Origin: Mobula hypostoma
Taxonomy: Eukaryota
Assembly (NCBI RefSeq): GCF_963921235.1
Contig: NC_086097.1
Location: 140,926,001-140,990,000, forward strand
Length of the DNA stretch: 64,000 nucleotides
Reading direction: 5' to 3'
The position numbers were made by a program, and so were the translations under genes. Below the pieces are notes generated by a model that saw nothing but the letters and a program-made list of their open reading frames with translations, ran no database searches and was not told where the DNA came from. This document shows, piece by piece, positions 23,513-35,329 of the stretch (positions within the stretch are counted from its first letter, which is position 1; every line of letters starts with the position of its first letter).

Positions 23513-23667
23513 ATAGAAACATAGAAACATAGAAAATAGGTGCAGGAGTAGGCCATTCGGCCCTTCGATCCTGCACCGCCATTTATTATGATCATGGCTG
23601 ATCATCCAACTCAGAACCCCGCCCCAGCCTTCCCTCCATACCCCCTAATCCCCGTAGCCACAAGGGC
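23513..23667 (-). mobile_element. Very short CR1 3' tail insertion present only in copy A
   Basis: (gaaacata)n tail plus 3' UTR. The empty site gggtata|aggcggctaatg is at about 60305-60322. Confidence 0.8.
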
Positions 23668-24937
23668 GGTTATTGTTGTGCTTGTTTGGGAAGTGGCGTA
23701 AGGCCAAACTAGGGAACTACGGGGAGGCGAGCCTAAAATCAGAGCCGGGAAATTTACAAGAAGATATGGAATAAACGAGCAATTGGGATTGAAACGGCTC
23801 ATCAAATAATCATCATGATATTGTGCGTGGGATATCATGTGAAGAATTTTTTTTGAAGAGGTGACCAACAGGATCAACGAGAGCAGGGTGGTAACAATTT
23901 TAGCAAATTTTTAACAAGGTTCCGCATGGTAAACTGGTCCAGAAGATCCGGACACATGCGATTAAGAACGGACGAGCCACTTGCATACTGGCTTAGCCTG
24001 ATCTTAACAGTCCAAGTTTGGTGTGGAATCTGTGATTATTGGTGTTCCACGGGGATCTTGCTGGGTCCACTATTATTAATTACCCACAGACGTACATTCA
24101 TAACATCGATGAATAGTTAGAAAGTTTATGAATGAGATCAAACTCAGCCGTGTAGTGGACAGTGAAGAAGGCTCCTTGAGATGACGACAAGATCTATGTG
24201 AATCATCGGGGATAATGGGCCAGGGCATAGCAGATGCAATTTAACTCGCCAATTACAAAATTTAAAAACATTTAGTCTGTTTGCGATTGGATGGTTTAGA
24301 GAGCAATATCGGTCTTACGTAGGCAAATGGGACTAGCTCTGGGTAGTATGGACGGGTTGTACAGAAGGGCCCATTCGGTGCTGCGAATTCCACTAGTATA
24401 TGAGTTTATACTGGGAAAATGCATTTATTTGGAGATCAGAGGAGTCGAACGACGGGAAAGCGGCGCGAGACTTGAAGATCAGCCATGATCTTTATGAACC
24501 AGGAACACGAGGAAGGCGGACTCATCCGCTCTCATTTCCCCTCCTTTTATGTTCTCATCTCTGTGGCGTGCTGCGTCAACCCTCAGAATCTGAAGCGAGA
24601 ACGCTGCAATCAGTCAGTGGATTAAGCCTCAGGTATCCTTTGCTCTGGAGATTTCAGAGCTTTCAAAAATTGGCACTAATAAGGGAGAAAACCAATGTTA
24701 ATACAAGAGGAACGTCGGAGGCAGAGCGAGGCTAGGTAGGCAAGAAGGGTACCGGCTGACGGCGAAAGGTTCCTCTCTCCTGCAGCATAGTGCATCCTCA
24801 TCGATGGGAACTGGAGTGACAGACGTTGCGCAACTTTTAATGTGACTCCTTATGTATTACACATCCGCAGACTCCCTGTTTCCGTTCCCCTTTCGTCGTC
24901 GAATAATTCGATCACGTTGTATTATTTCCTCCCACAG

Positions 24938-25224
24938 GTAAAGTGGCGCTTCAAATATGACAGATGTTCAATTATCGATCACCAAGGCTCCGACAAAACC
25001 TGTGCACTTTTACTTTGATATTCAACAACTCGATTTTGTGGAAGCTACATTGGTACCGGCAGAGGCCGGGGCAAGGCCTGCAACGGCCATTGTATTTTAA
25101 GAGCTCATACGACACCAAGAGGGATTAATTGCGAGCAAAGTACCTGAGACTCAATCGTGCACTCTGCTCTTGATGAATATCCCGCGAGAAGGATGCTGGC
25201 ACCTACTACTGCGCTTACTGGCTA
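24938..25224 (+). pseudogene. TRGV: T-cell receptor gamma V pseudogene (paralog of the V at 62879), lacking its leader exon
   Basis: Aligns to 63007-63313. It has a 1-nt deletion giving TGA after KVALQI, the first Cys codon TGT changed to TTT, a 5-nt deletion before HWY and a 16-nt deletion in FR3. It retains cattggtaccggcag and tactactgcgcttactgg. Confidence 0.92.
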
Positions 25225-25263
25225 CACACTGTTCAAATGCGAAGGGAAATCAGTACGTAAACC
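25225..25263 (+). other. Degenerate 23-RSS of the V pseudogene
   Basis: CACACTG (25225-25231), 23 nt, ACGTAAACC (25255-25263). Confidence 0.8.
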
Positions 25264-26626
25264 CAACGGTTACTTTGTGCATAACGTGTTCACTGACCAA
25301 GTAACAGGTGTTAAGCCTCACGATTTCCGCGAACATCTGCATTTAACTAATGCCATTCGTTGTTTTTAGCCTCAGTTCAATTTGCATATTACTTTATAGT
25401 TTGGTTGAATAAAGGTGTTTCGATAAATTTTGCGATGGACTATGAACGTGGATTCACTTTTCATGAATGGATCCGAGCTAACAGCGTGATCATAGTGATC
25501 ATAATGAACCTAAGCTCCCTGCTCTGAACTCGCGCTATGACGTTGTGCGGTCCCCAAGTAGATTTTTCGGATCATTTTCCCACTTCTGTTTATCCCACTT
25601 GCCCCCCCCCAAACCCCCCCCCCCAACTTTCACAGAGATATCTAGCACGGAAACGTCCCTCCTCCCAGGTCATTCATTCTGACGATCACTATAGCTGTGC
25701 CACACACGTTTTTACATATCTCTATACCTCTTCCGAAGCCTGCTGCTCCCGAGGGCTAATTCCTAATTCTACGCCGACTGTCCATATAACAAAAGTTATT
25801 CTGTTTCCTTAATATCCTTGTGAGTCTTCTCTGAACCATAAGGGCACCTTCCTATAGTTAGACCACCGGAAATGAGCACCATACTCCAAGACACGAGAAA
25901 ATCCACAGATGCTGAGAGTCCATAGCAATCAGGGCGGTCTCTGCCCGAAACGTCGAATTTTTACTCTTTTCCATAGATCCTACCTAGCTTGCTGAATTCC
26001 ATCAGCATTTTGTTTGTGTTATCATATTCCAAGTGTGGTTTAACCAATATTTTGTAAAATAATGCTTTACTCCATCTATTGTAATCAACGAACTAACTGA
26101 TGAATGACCTCGCCACCCTATCCAACTGTGTCTCTGCCTTCAGGGGACTATATACTTCTGCCCCTCGATGTCTCTGCTTTACATCTGCTACTGTGTAAAT
26201 CCTGGCCTGCTTTAAGAATTCCATCTGCTTTTCTTTGTAATAATCCTTGTAAATCTTGTAATCTTACACAACTTCCAAAGATGTCCGATAACAATTTGGT
26301 GTAGTCTGCAAATAGCTAACCACGCCATCCACAATCTGATCTATTATGTTATTGCAGACAATGAATAGCAGGATGCCTAGCATTCCTGAGGAACTCCTTT
26401 CCTGTATTTCCAAGGTAATTCTCCGTGCTTATTTGCTCACATCCTCATAACCAGAGCAATTGCCGAAGAGACGTTAGGTCTTGTTGTTGAGTAGCTCGCT
26501 CAGCTGTCTTGTTAGCTTGCAGACGTGCCGTTACCCAGCTGGGCAACATCATCAGTGCAACTTCGAATTAAATATTGGAGCTGTACATTGTTCCTGTTTT
26601 ATTTGCCCTGTGGTTAGTCCGTTTGA

Positions 26627-26628
26627 GT

Positions 26629-26671
<43 letters not shown>

Positions 26672-26684
26672 GGTGTGTGTGTGT
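26627..26684. repeat. (TG)n microsatellite, imperfect
   Basis: About 58-nt run of gt repeats with few interruptions. Confidence 0.95.
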
Positions 26685-26967
26685 AGGGGAGTGGGGGGCG
26701 GAATATGTGCCATTTCTGTTGGTTACCGATTATGTAATCCGCTATTGGTTCGTTACAATCCAATTAGTTGATAATGTTTGTCCTCGCAGTGTTAGTCGAC
26801 CGTTATGTAGGCTGAATATCGTCCTCATCGACTGACGCGTGGAATCAGCTGTGAATTGGCTCTTGGCTCTGCACTGACGATCTGACGCTGAAGTGGGTTC
26901 ATTTCGACGCGCTTGCTGATAGAATTCTGTATCGAAAACAAAGCCTCTAAGAAATCTCTGCGCCATC

Positions 26968-27260
26968 TGCGACAAGCATTATATTGGACAGCCTGGTAGG
27001 AAGCTATCAACAATGGTACATGAACACCAACTGGCTGTAAGCCGTCATGATCAACTTTCCCTTATATCTATACATTGTGGCAGCGAAGCACATCAATTCG
27101 ACTCGACCAATATTATTATCCTAGGCCAAGCCCGTCAACGAGAAGGCCGAGAATTCTTGCACTAATGATGTTGCCTAGCTGGGTAACTAAATGTCTGCAA
27201 GCTAACAAGTCAGCTCAGCGAGCCACTCAACAACAATATCCTAAACTTGATCTACAAATC
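26968..27260 (+). mobile_element. GIY-YIG endonuclease fragment of a second Penelope-like family
   Basis: From 26968 it reads CDKHYIGQPGRKLSTMVHEHQLAVSRHD (YIG..T/PGR..EH pattern). Confidence 0.7.
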
Positions 27261-28452
27261 TTTTCCAACACCTTAACTACGTAAGGTCTATTGTTTGTGG
27301 CGGTGCTCCATGGGATTAAGAAAGGTAAATTCCTATTTCGATATAGAGAAATATTACATAGTAACACAAAACCTCGAGATACAGCACTGTGAAAAAGTCT
27401 TGGGCACATTTCGCCTACTTTCCCACAGTACCAGTCTTTTCCACAATACTATAGTAGATTTATATGCTGCACTGTAATGCTGTCGCAAAAAAAATACCCA
27501 ACTAATTTCATGACATGTGTGAATGAAGGTAAACCGGATTCTGATATGGGCCTCGATTGTGGACTGAGAGTAGGAAGTGGGTAGGAAGAGGGGAACTGTG
27601 GTTGAGAAAAGGGGAAGGGAGAAAGGGAGGGAGCAGGAAGCACCAGGGAAACATTCTGTAAAGATCAACAAATTAATTGTTTGGAATCAAATGAGCTTGC
27701 CTGCTGTCTCAGGACTGAGTTCGTCTGCACCCACGTCACTTCCGCCCCGACACTCCTTCTCTTCCACCTGTCACAAACCCCACCCGTGGAGCTCCACTTT
27801 CGCCATTCCCAGCATCCTTTGCTCCTGCCGCGTTTACAAACTCCGCTTCTCTGTTTTAAAATACAGTACTGTGCAACAGTCTCAGGCACCCCATACATGC
27901 TTTAAGACTTTTGCACATTACCGTACATTAGGTATACGGGCCTCCAATCCGCAAAACAACCCTCTATTGACATCCCCTGGTTCCTACTACAAGGCAATTT
28001 AGTATCCTTATGGCTCGCTGACCCTGGTTCCCGTGTAATCTTACCTTGCAGATCAGACTTCCAAGCGGATTCTTCCACAAAGCCTTGCTAAAGTCCATGT
28101 AGACAAAATCCCTCCCTCATTAATACTCTTAGTCATTTCTTCAGTAATGTCAATTGAGTTTGAAACACGTGGCATTCCCATGTACTGACTATGCTGACTA
28201 TCCTCAATCAGTCTTGCCTTTGCAAATGCTCTGAAATCTCGACCCACAAACTATTTTGGCAGCATGTTCCAGTAATCATTCACTCCATTTGTAATGATCT
28301 TCTGAAATCCCCTATAAAACACTCTCCTTACCTTAAACCTGTACTCCTTTGTTTTCTGAGTGCCTACTGCAGGACGACGTTTCTGACCATTCACTACACC
28401 TATTCTTCTGAAGACTCTTTATACCTCCAACAGGTTGCCACAGCAGTCTCCT

Positions 28453-29650
28453 TGTCATGGTCCGGTCCGTGAAGTCCGCATTCCATTTCACGGTCCGGTC
28501 CATCAATCCGTATTCCAGGTTTACCTGTTTTCCCCGTTTCTGTTGGGTGCTGTAATTTAGGCACATGGTTCTTGTTAAGGCAGACACATAAATACCTCTG
28601 GAGATCAGGGTTTGGCTGCTGGATTGTTCTTGTCCTAACCCCCTGTCTGAATCCCTTCTCTGCCCCTTCCTCCTGAAGTCTTGCCATGCCCCTGCAACCT
28701 ATGTCTGAAGTCTCGCTTCGCCTGGAGCTTTGCCTCGCCTGTAACCCTTGCCTGCACCACTGTCAAGGTCAATCGCCGGAGCACGATAAGGAACTGTCTA
28801 TCGTTGTTCTGGACTGTCTCTGTGTCCACGCGTTCGCTAGGTAGGTCCGGCCGTCTGCCGCTACCTTATGTTGGGAACCTTCTCGTTGCATTCTGCATTC
28901 TGTGTGATGAGTCCCGACCCTACGTCCTGTACCCAAGAAGGAGTCCCGGCTCTGTGTTCCATGTTCCTGTCTCTTCTTCGACCAAGGCTCTGCTTCCTGT
29001 CTCTCCTTCGATCTAGTCAAGGCTTTGGGGTCTCGTCCAGTTCTGGCCACGATCCTAGAACCTTGTCCTGTCCAAGCCATGGCTTTGTGTTCTCGTCTTG
29101 TCCATGTGTCTCGCCCGGCCCAGGAGTGCCTAGCCCAGCCCCGTGCTAGGGTTCCCTCGTCCTGTACTCGGGTTCCCTTGTCTTTTTCAGGAGTCTCACG
29201 TCCAGTCCTGTTGCCTCTCCTCGTCCTGTAGCCACGTCTTGTCCTCGCATAGTTCTGGAGTCCGAGCCCGAGTCAAGTCCCAGGTTCTGGGTCCTTACCC
29301 AGTCTCTGGCTCGGAGTCCAAACCCAAGCCTCGAAGTACACTCGCGCCTCGAGGAACCCAAGCCTGTTCATGTCTTAGCCTAGATCCGGGTTCCGAGCCC
29401 GAGTCACGACCCAGGCTTCGTGTTCTTGTACAGACTCTGGCTCGGAGTCCTTGTCCAGGCTCCTAGTTCCTAGTCCCTCGTCTAGGTCCCGGTTTCCTAG
29501 TCATGTCCTAGCCCAAGTCTGAATTCCTGTCTCAGCTCCTAGTCTGTATCCAGTCACGTCCCTAACTCTAGGCTCTAATCCTGTCCTTTTCTTAGTACTT
29601 CAGTGTCTGTGTCCTGCAATTGGGTCCGCCATCAACGCCCCACTATGACA
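28453..29650. mobile_element. Solo-LTR-like element (1198 bp) with a 5-bp target-site duplication
   Basis: Begins TGTCAT and ends ATGACA (6-bp inverted termini). CTCCT is duplicated at 28448-28452 and 29651-29655. A related copy lies at about 35330-36667. Confidence 0.85.
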
Positions 29651-30364
29651 CTCCTTCAATCCAGGGGAAACAAGCATAGCCTATAGCCAATGATCTGCAG
29701 AATTCCTGTTGTTTGAGTTATAACTCTGAGTGTTGGTTTTGACCCAAGCCATATTTCAGTTGGGCCAAGCAATGATATTCGAATGCTAACCCCACGCCCA
29801 ACCATCCTCCTTTCGCAGCCGGGCTTCTGTCCGTCCGTGGCGGAGATAGATCCCGATCATGCATTAGTATTATTGGGATACCAGCACCAGCTATGATGTA
29901 ATGATTAAAATAATATATTTAAATATTTAAATTAACTGCTTGCGTTATATTCTTTCGCTCACAGTTTGTCATCCGTGTGTCCTTGTCGAGATCGCCATTT
30001 ATTGCCAACTCCGCTATCCCTGAGAAGACATAACACTGGCCAGAGGAGCAGGTGACGGGTTGGAGATCCAACTCGCAGCCGGACATCCCAAAGCATTTCT
30101 ACCATCTACAAGGCACAGGATAGAGAGTAATACAGAAGGTGGAGATAAGCTACCTCTTCGGACGCTGCAGCCCTTCTTGTGAAGGCGCTCTCTCAGTGCT
30201 GGGAAGGAGCATGGAGGTTTCGATTCACTGATAACTGAGGACCGCTGATTTATAGTGTGTTCTATTTCTGGACATAATATAAATCGGATTGAAGTTTAGA
30301 GTGGTAAATAGTTGCGAATCAAAAGCAAAACGTTATCCTGGAGATTGAAAAATGTTGACCCCGT

Positions 30365-31075
30365 TTATCTTAACACGAGGAATTCTGCAAATACTGGAAA
30401 TCCAAAGCAACACACAAAAACTGCTGGAAGAACTCGGCAGGTCAGATAACAGCCATAGAAATGAGTAAACTGTCGGCGTTTCGGGCTTAGAGTCTTCTTC
30501 ACGACTGGAAAGGAAGGGGGAAGACAACAGAATGAAAAGATGGGGGAAGGGATGAAGTTTAGCTAGAATGTGATAGGTGAAGCCAGGTGGGTAGGAAGGG
30601 TAAACTGCGGCCAAAGAAGCAAAGTAATAGGAGAGTAGAGTGGACGATAGTGACAGGGAAGGCGGCGGGGACCCAGGGTGAGGGGAGAGGCAGGAAGAAG
30701 TAAGGGGACTGAATGAGAAATGGAAGAAGAGTGGAGGGGTAGATTTTTCTTACTCTAAAAAGAAACCAATATTCATGCCGTCAGGTTGGAGTTTCCGCGT
30801 ACAGAATATAGGGTGTTGTTCCTCCACGCTGAGGGTGGCCTCATCGTGGCACAGAAGGAATCCATGGGAAAACATGACAGAACTGCAGCGGGAATGAGAA
30901 TTAAACTGTTTGGCCACCGGGAGGTTCCGCTTTTGTCCAATGGATCGTAGGTGCTAGACAAAGCGGTCTCCCAATTTACCACGGGTCTCAACATAGAGGA
31001 GGCCGCCTCGGGGGCACTGGACACAGTAAATGACCCCAGCAGATTCGCAGGTGAATTGTTGTCTCATCTGTAAGG
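30365..31075 (-). mobile_element. Penelope-like 3' fragment (GIY-YIG end and pLTR, degenerate hammerhead)
   Basis: Homologous to 12070-12760. The hammerhead core is mutated (GUGAAGA..GAAACGCC) at about 30475-30505. Confidence 0.75.
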
Positions 31076-31079
31076 ACAG

Positions 31080-34000
31080 AATCGAGGACTTTACACAGCT
31101 TATCGAAAAGACAGGCAGGTGGAAATATATAGGGTTGGGTGGCTCTATCGAAAGACCTGAAATCGAATAATTAAGAAGATGTAGAATCCGTGTAGGTAAA
31201 GCTGAGATACTACAAGGGAGTTATATGATGGGAGTTATATGCTGGCATCAGAACTGTAGCAAAGATATGGGTTACCAATTACAAAAGGAGACAGAAAAGG
31301 CTTGTCAAAAAGGGAGTATCACGATAGTCATAGGGGATTTCAATATGCACGTTAGATTAGGTTAGATTATGAGGACACTCAGTCTTCGTTTGTTGTCATT
31401 TAGAAATGCATGCATTAAAAAATGATACAATGTTCCTCCGGAATGATATCACAAGAAACACAGGACAAACCAAGACTAAAACGGACAAAACCACATAATT
31501 ATAACATATAGTTACAACAATGCAAAGCAATACCGTAATTTGACAAAGAGCAAACCATGGGCACGGTAAAAAAATAAGTCTCAAAGTCCCGATAGCCTCA
31601 TCATCTCATGCAGACGGTGGAAGGGCGAAACTCTTCCTGCCATGATCCTCCCAACGCCGCAAACTGGCCGATGCAACACCATTAGAACCCGATCTCCAAC
31701 TCTGAGTCCGTCCGAAAACTTCGAGCCTCCTACCAGCCTTCCAACACCATCCTTTGCCAAGCGCTGCGACCCCGCATCGGGCGGCGAGCAACAAGAAAGG
31801 CCGAGGACTCGGGGCCTTCCCCTCCGGAAATTCTGGATCAAACAGTAGCAGCAGCAGCGAAGCAGGCATTTCAGAAGTTTCTCCAGATTTTCCTCCGTGC
31901 TCTCACGTCTGTGTCCATCAAATCACAATTGTGCACGGCACCCTACTTGACAGATAACAGACACCACCACGGGAGTGGCTGCTACGAGCTGCGTCGCGCT
32001 GCCATCTTCTCCTCCCGCCATGGTGATTGAGAAAATCAAGTTGATGCTTGATCTCAAGAGGGGGCATTATCAGAATGTCCTCAAGATGGCTTTATTGTGC
32101 AGCTCGCGGTTAGCCCAGGAGGACATCGACTATTCTATATTGGACGTTGTGCCAGGACCCGCTATTGATTAGCGATGTTAGGGTAAAGGAACTCTTAGGA
32201 GACAGCGGTCATAATTTGATAGACTTCATCTTACAATTTCAGTGGGGAATCTCAAATCAGACGTATAAGAATTACATTGGAGTAAAGGTATTTACGGAGG
32301 CTCAAGAGAGAAGCTGACCAAGATGACCAAGAGATTGGAAGAGGACACAGGCAGGGATGATGGAAGAGCAGCAACGACTGGAATTTCTGAGAGCATTTCG
32401 GAGGCGCAGGATAAGAAAAATAGGTATTCCAACGGCAAGATGACACAACTGTGGCTGACAAGAGATGTCAAAGCCAACATGAAAGCTAAAGAAGAAAAGC
32501 AAATGAGAGGGCATATAATAGAGCAAAGATTTGTAGGAAGTTTTTAAAATCTAACAGATAACAACTAAAACAATCCATAAAAATGGAATACGGCTAACCA
32601 ATAATATTAAACAGAATACTTAATGTAAAGGGTAAACGAGAGTCGGGAATACATGTTGGGCTGCTGGAAATTTATGCTAGGGAGGTAGTAATGGGATGCA
32701 AAGAAATAGATGGTGGATCGATAAAGTATTGTCCACCGGTCTTTACTATTGAAGGCATTAACAGTGTGCTAGAAGTTCAAGACTGTCATGGAGCAGAAGT
32801 GACTGAAGTTGACATCACTAGGGAGAAGATGCTTAGGAAACTGAAAGGTCTGGCGTTAGATAAATCACCTCGACCAGATCGTCCGCACCCCAGGGTTCTG
32901 AAAGAGGTGGCTGAAGTCATTGTGGAGGCCTTAGAAATGATCATTCAATAATCAATAGATTCTGACATGGTCCTGGAGGAATAGAACATTGCTAATGTCA
33001 GTCTACTCTTCACAAGGGCGAGAAGGAGAAGAAAAGAAAATATAACCCAGTTGGTATGAGCTCAGTGGTTGGGAAGTGGTTGGAGTCAATTGCTAATGAT
33101 GTACTTTCGGGATAATTGGAGACACAAGATAAATTAGTCTGAAGTCAGGTTGGTTCATTAAGGGATAATCGTGCCTGGTAAAGCTATTGGAAAGCCTTAA
33201 AGCAATAATAAGCAGGATAAACAAAAGAGAATGAATGGGTGTTGTGTACTTGTTTTTCCAAAAACCTTTGACGAAGTGCAGCACATCAAGCTGCTTAACC
33301 GGTTAAAAGCGACGGTACTACGGGACAGATACTGGCATCGGCAGAGCATTGGCTGATTGGCAGGAGGCATAGAGTGGAAATAAAGGGATTTTTTTTTCTG
33401 GTCGGCTGCCAGTGACTACTGGTGTTTCACAAGTGTCTGCGTTGGGACCACTTCTTTTTACTTTCTATGTCAATGATTTCAATGACACAATTGATGGCAT
33501 AATAGTCATGTTTCTGGACAATAGGGAGGTAAATGGAGGAACAGGTAGTGATGAAGTGGCAGGAAAACTGCAGAAGGACTTAGACTGATTGGAAGAATGG
33601 CAAAGAATTGGCAGATGGAATTCAGTGTCATGGAAATGTACAGTCATGCACTTTGGTAGAAAGAATCAAAGCATGGACTATTTTCGAAATGAAGTGAAAA
33701 TTCAAAATTCCGAGGTGCAAAGGGACTTGGGCGTACTCGTGCAGGATTCCCGAACGGGTAATTTGCAAGTTGAATCCGTGGTGAGGAAGGCAAATATAGC
33801 GTTAGCTTTCATTTCAAGGGGACTAGAATATATAAACAAGGATGTAATGTTGAGGCTTTATAAGGCACTGCTAAGGCCTCATTTGGAGTATTGTGAGCAG
33901 TTTTGGGTTCCTTATCTAAGAAAAGATGTGCTGACAGTGGAGAGATTTTGATGAGGTTCACGAGGATGATTTTGGGAATGAACGGTTACCATCCGAGGAC

Positions 34001-34390
34001 TGATTGATACCTTTGTGCCTGTGTTCCCTGGAAATCAGATAAATGAGGGGGATCTCATGAAAACCTATCAAATGTTGAGTAGCCTCTACAGAGTGGATGT
34101 GGAAAGGATACTTCCTATTGTGGTGGCGGGAATCTTAGACCAGAGGGCACAGAATGGAGGGCACCCATTTAGAATGGAGATGATGACCAATTAATTTTGC
34201 TGGAGAGGGATGACTGTGGAAGTCAATAGCACATGTGGCTGTGGAGTCCGAGTCATTGTGCTGAGGTTGATAGATTCTTGATTAGTCAAGGCATGAAGGG
34301 TTTCGGGGAGAAGGCAGGAGACAGGGCTGAGAGGGAGATGGAGCAGATTCGAAGGGCTAAGTGGCCTAATTTTTGTCCTATCTGTTATGA
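31080..34390 (+). mobile_element. Old degenerate CR1 LINE (endonuclease to 3' end), interrupted at 31349-32008
   Basis: Residual motifs ggggatttcaatatg (GDFN), DKSPRPDRPHPRVLKEVA and RPHLEYCEQFWVPY. Confidence 0.75.
31349..32008 (-). mobile_element. Non-autonomous non-coding retroelement inserted into the old CR1
   Basis: The minus strand starts aagatggcagcgcg and ends in a short repeat tail (gttagattag on +). It interrupts otherwise continuous CR1 endonuclease sequence. Family not identified. Confidence 0.5.
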
Positions 34391-35329
34391 CCTTATCGAT
34401 TCAATACAAGTAAGGTAAAAGGTGAATGGGCAGGTGCAGTACTTTGGCTGCTTGCGGGGAGGGAAGAATCGACAAGGGGACCGCAAAAGGAACGTTTGCT
34501 GTGGAAAGTGGAGAGTGCTGCGGGGAGGGTGCAGGAGAGGTAAAGGTATGTTAAGTGGTGGATTACTTTGGAGATAGCAGAAGTTGTGGCGAATAATGTG
34601 TTGGATGCGGAGGCCCATCCGGTAGTAGTTAAGAACAAGAGGAACACTATTACTGTTTAGGCGACGGGAAGTCCTGGTGAGCACGGCCGTTAGGGAAATT
34701 GAGCAGATGTGGGTGAGTGCAGCGTCGATAATGGGCGCAGGGAAGGCACATATCCCAGCTTAAAATGCCTACTGTTTTTCATTTCCAGAGATGTTGCCTG
34801 ACCTGCTGAGTTCCTCCAGCATGTTGAGTGCTTTGCTTCCGTTTATCTTCAATGACCAGCGTATTGTATTTGATTGAAAGCAGAGCTTCCCAGTTCCTGA
34901 TGTTGGATTAGATTGTGTAATTGTTATTTCTTTGCAGTTTAACTATTCTATGCCTGCTAGTGTTTTCTATAATTACCTATGTATGTAATTGTTCAGTGTG
35001 TCCCTTAATGGTTACAGTTGTTTGTATTATTTTGGAAACATGTTGATTCGCCATCTTCTTTCCCTTCCCTTTCTTCATTGTTATTAGACTTTTGCTACTC
35101 TCCCTTTCCAATTCCTTTAATCTCCTGGAGCTTATTGCAACAATTATGGAGCCACGCATTTTATATTTCGTTCTTGACTTCTAAAAGAACCTTGGATCAA
35201 AAACATCAGAATCCAACACTGCGATCCCTCCACTGATAGTGAGCATTTTAAGGCTGTACATTTTATTTACATTCAATGAAGGAGAAGAGGAAAAAGAAGT
35301 CACGAACGGTGATCCTAGTAATGACACAT

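Larger units (their letters stand above)
15190..25900 (+). repeat. Segmental duplication copy A of the V cassette (paralog of 52647-64000)
   Basis: Collinear homology by eye: 15190/52647, 15616/55499, 16408/56548, 17600/57735, 18830/58640, 19880/59897, 23735/60385, 24552/60962, 24938/63007, 25860/63950. Confidence 0.9.
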
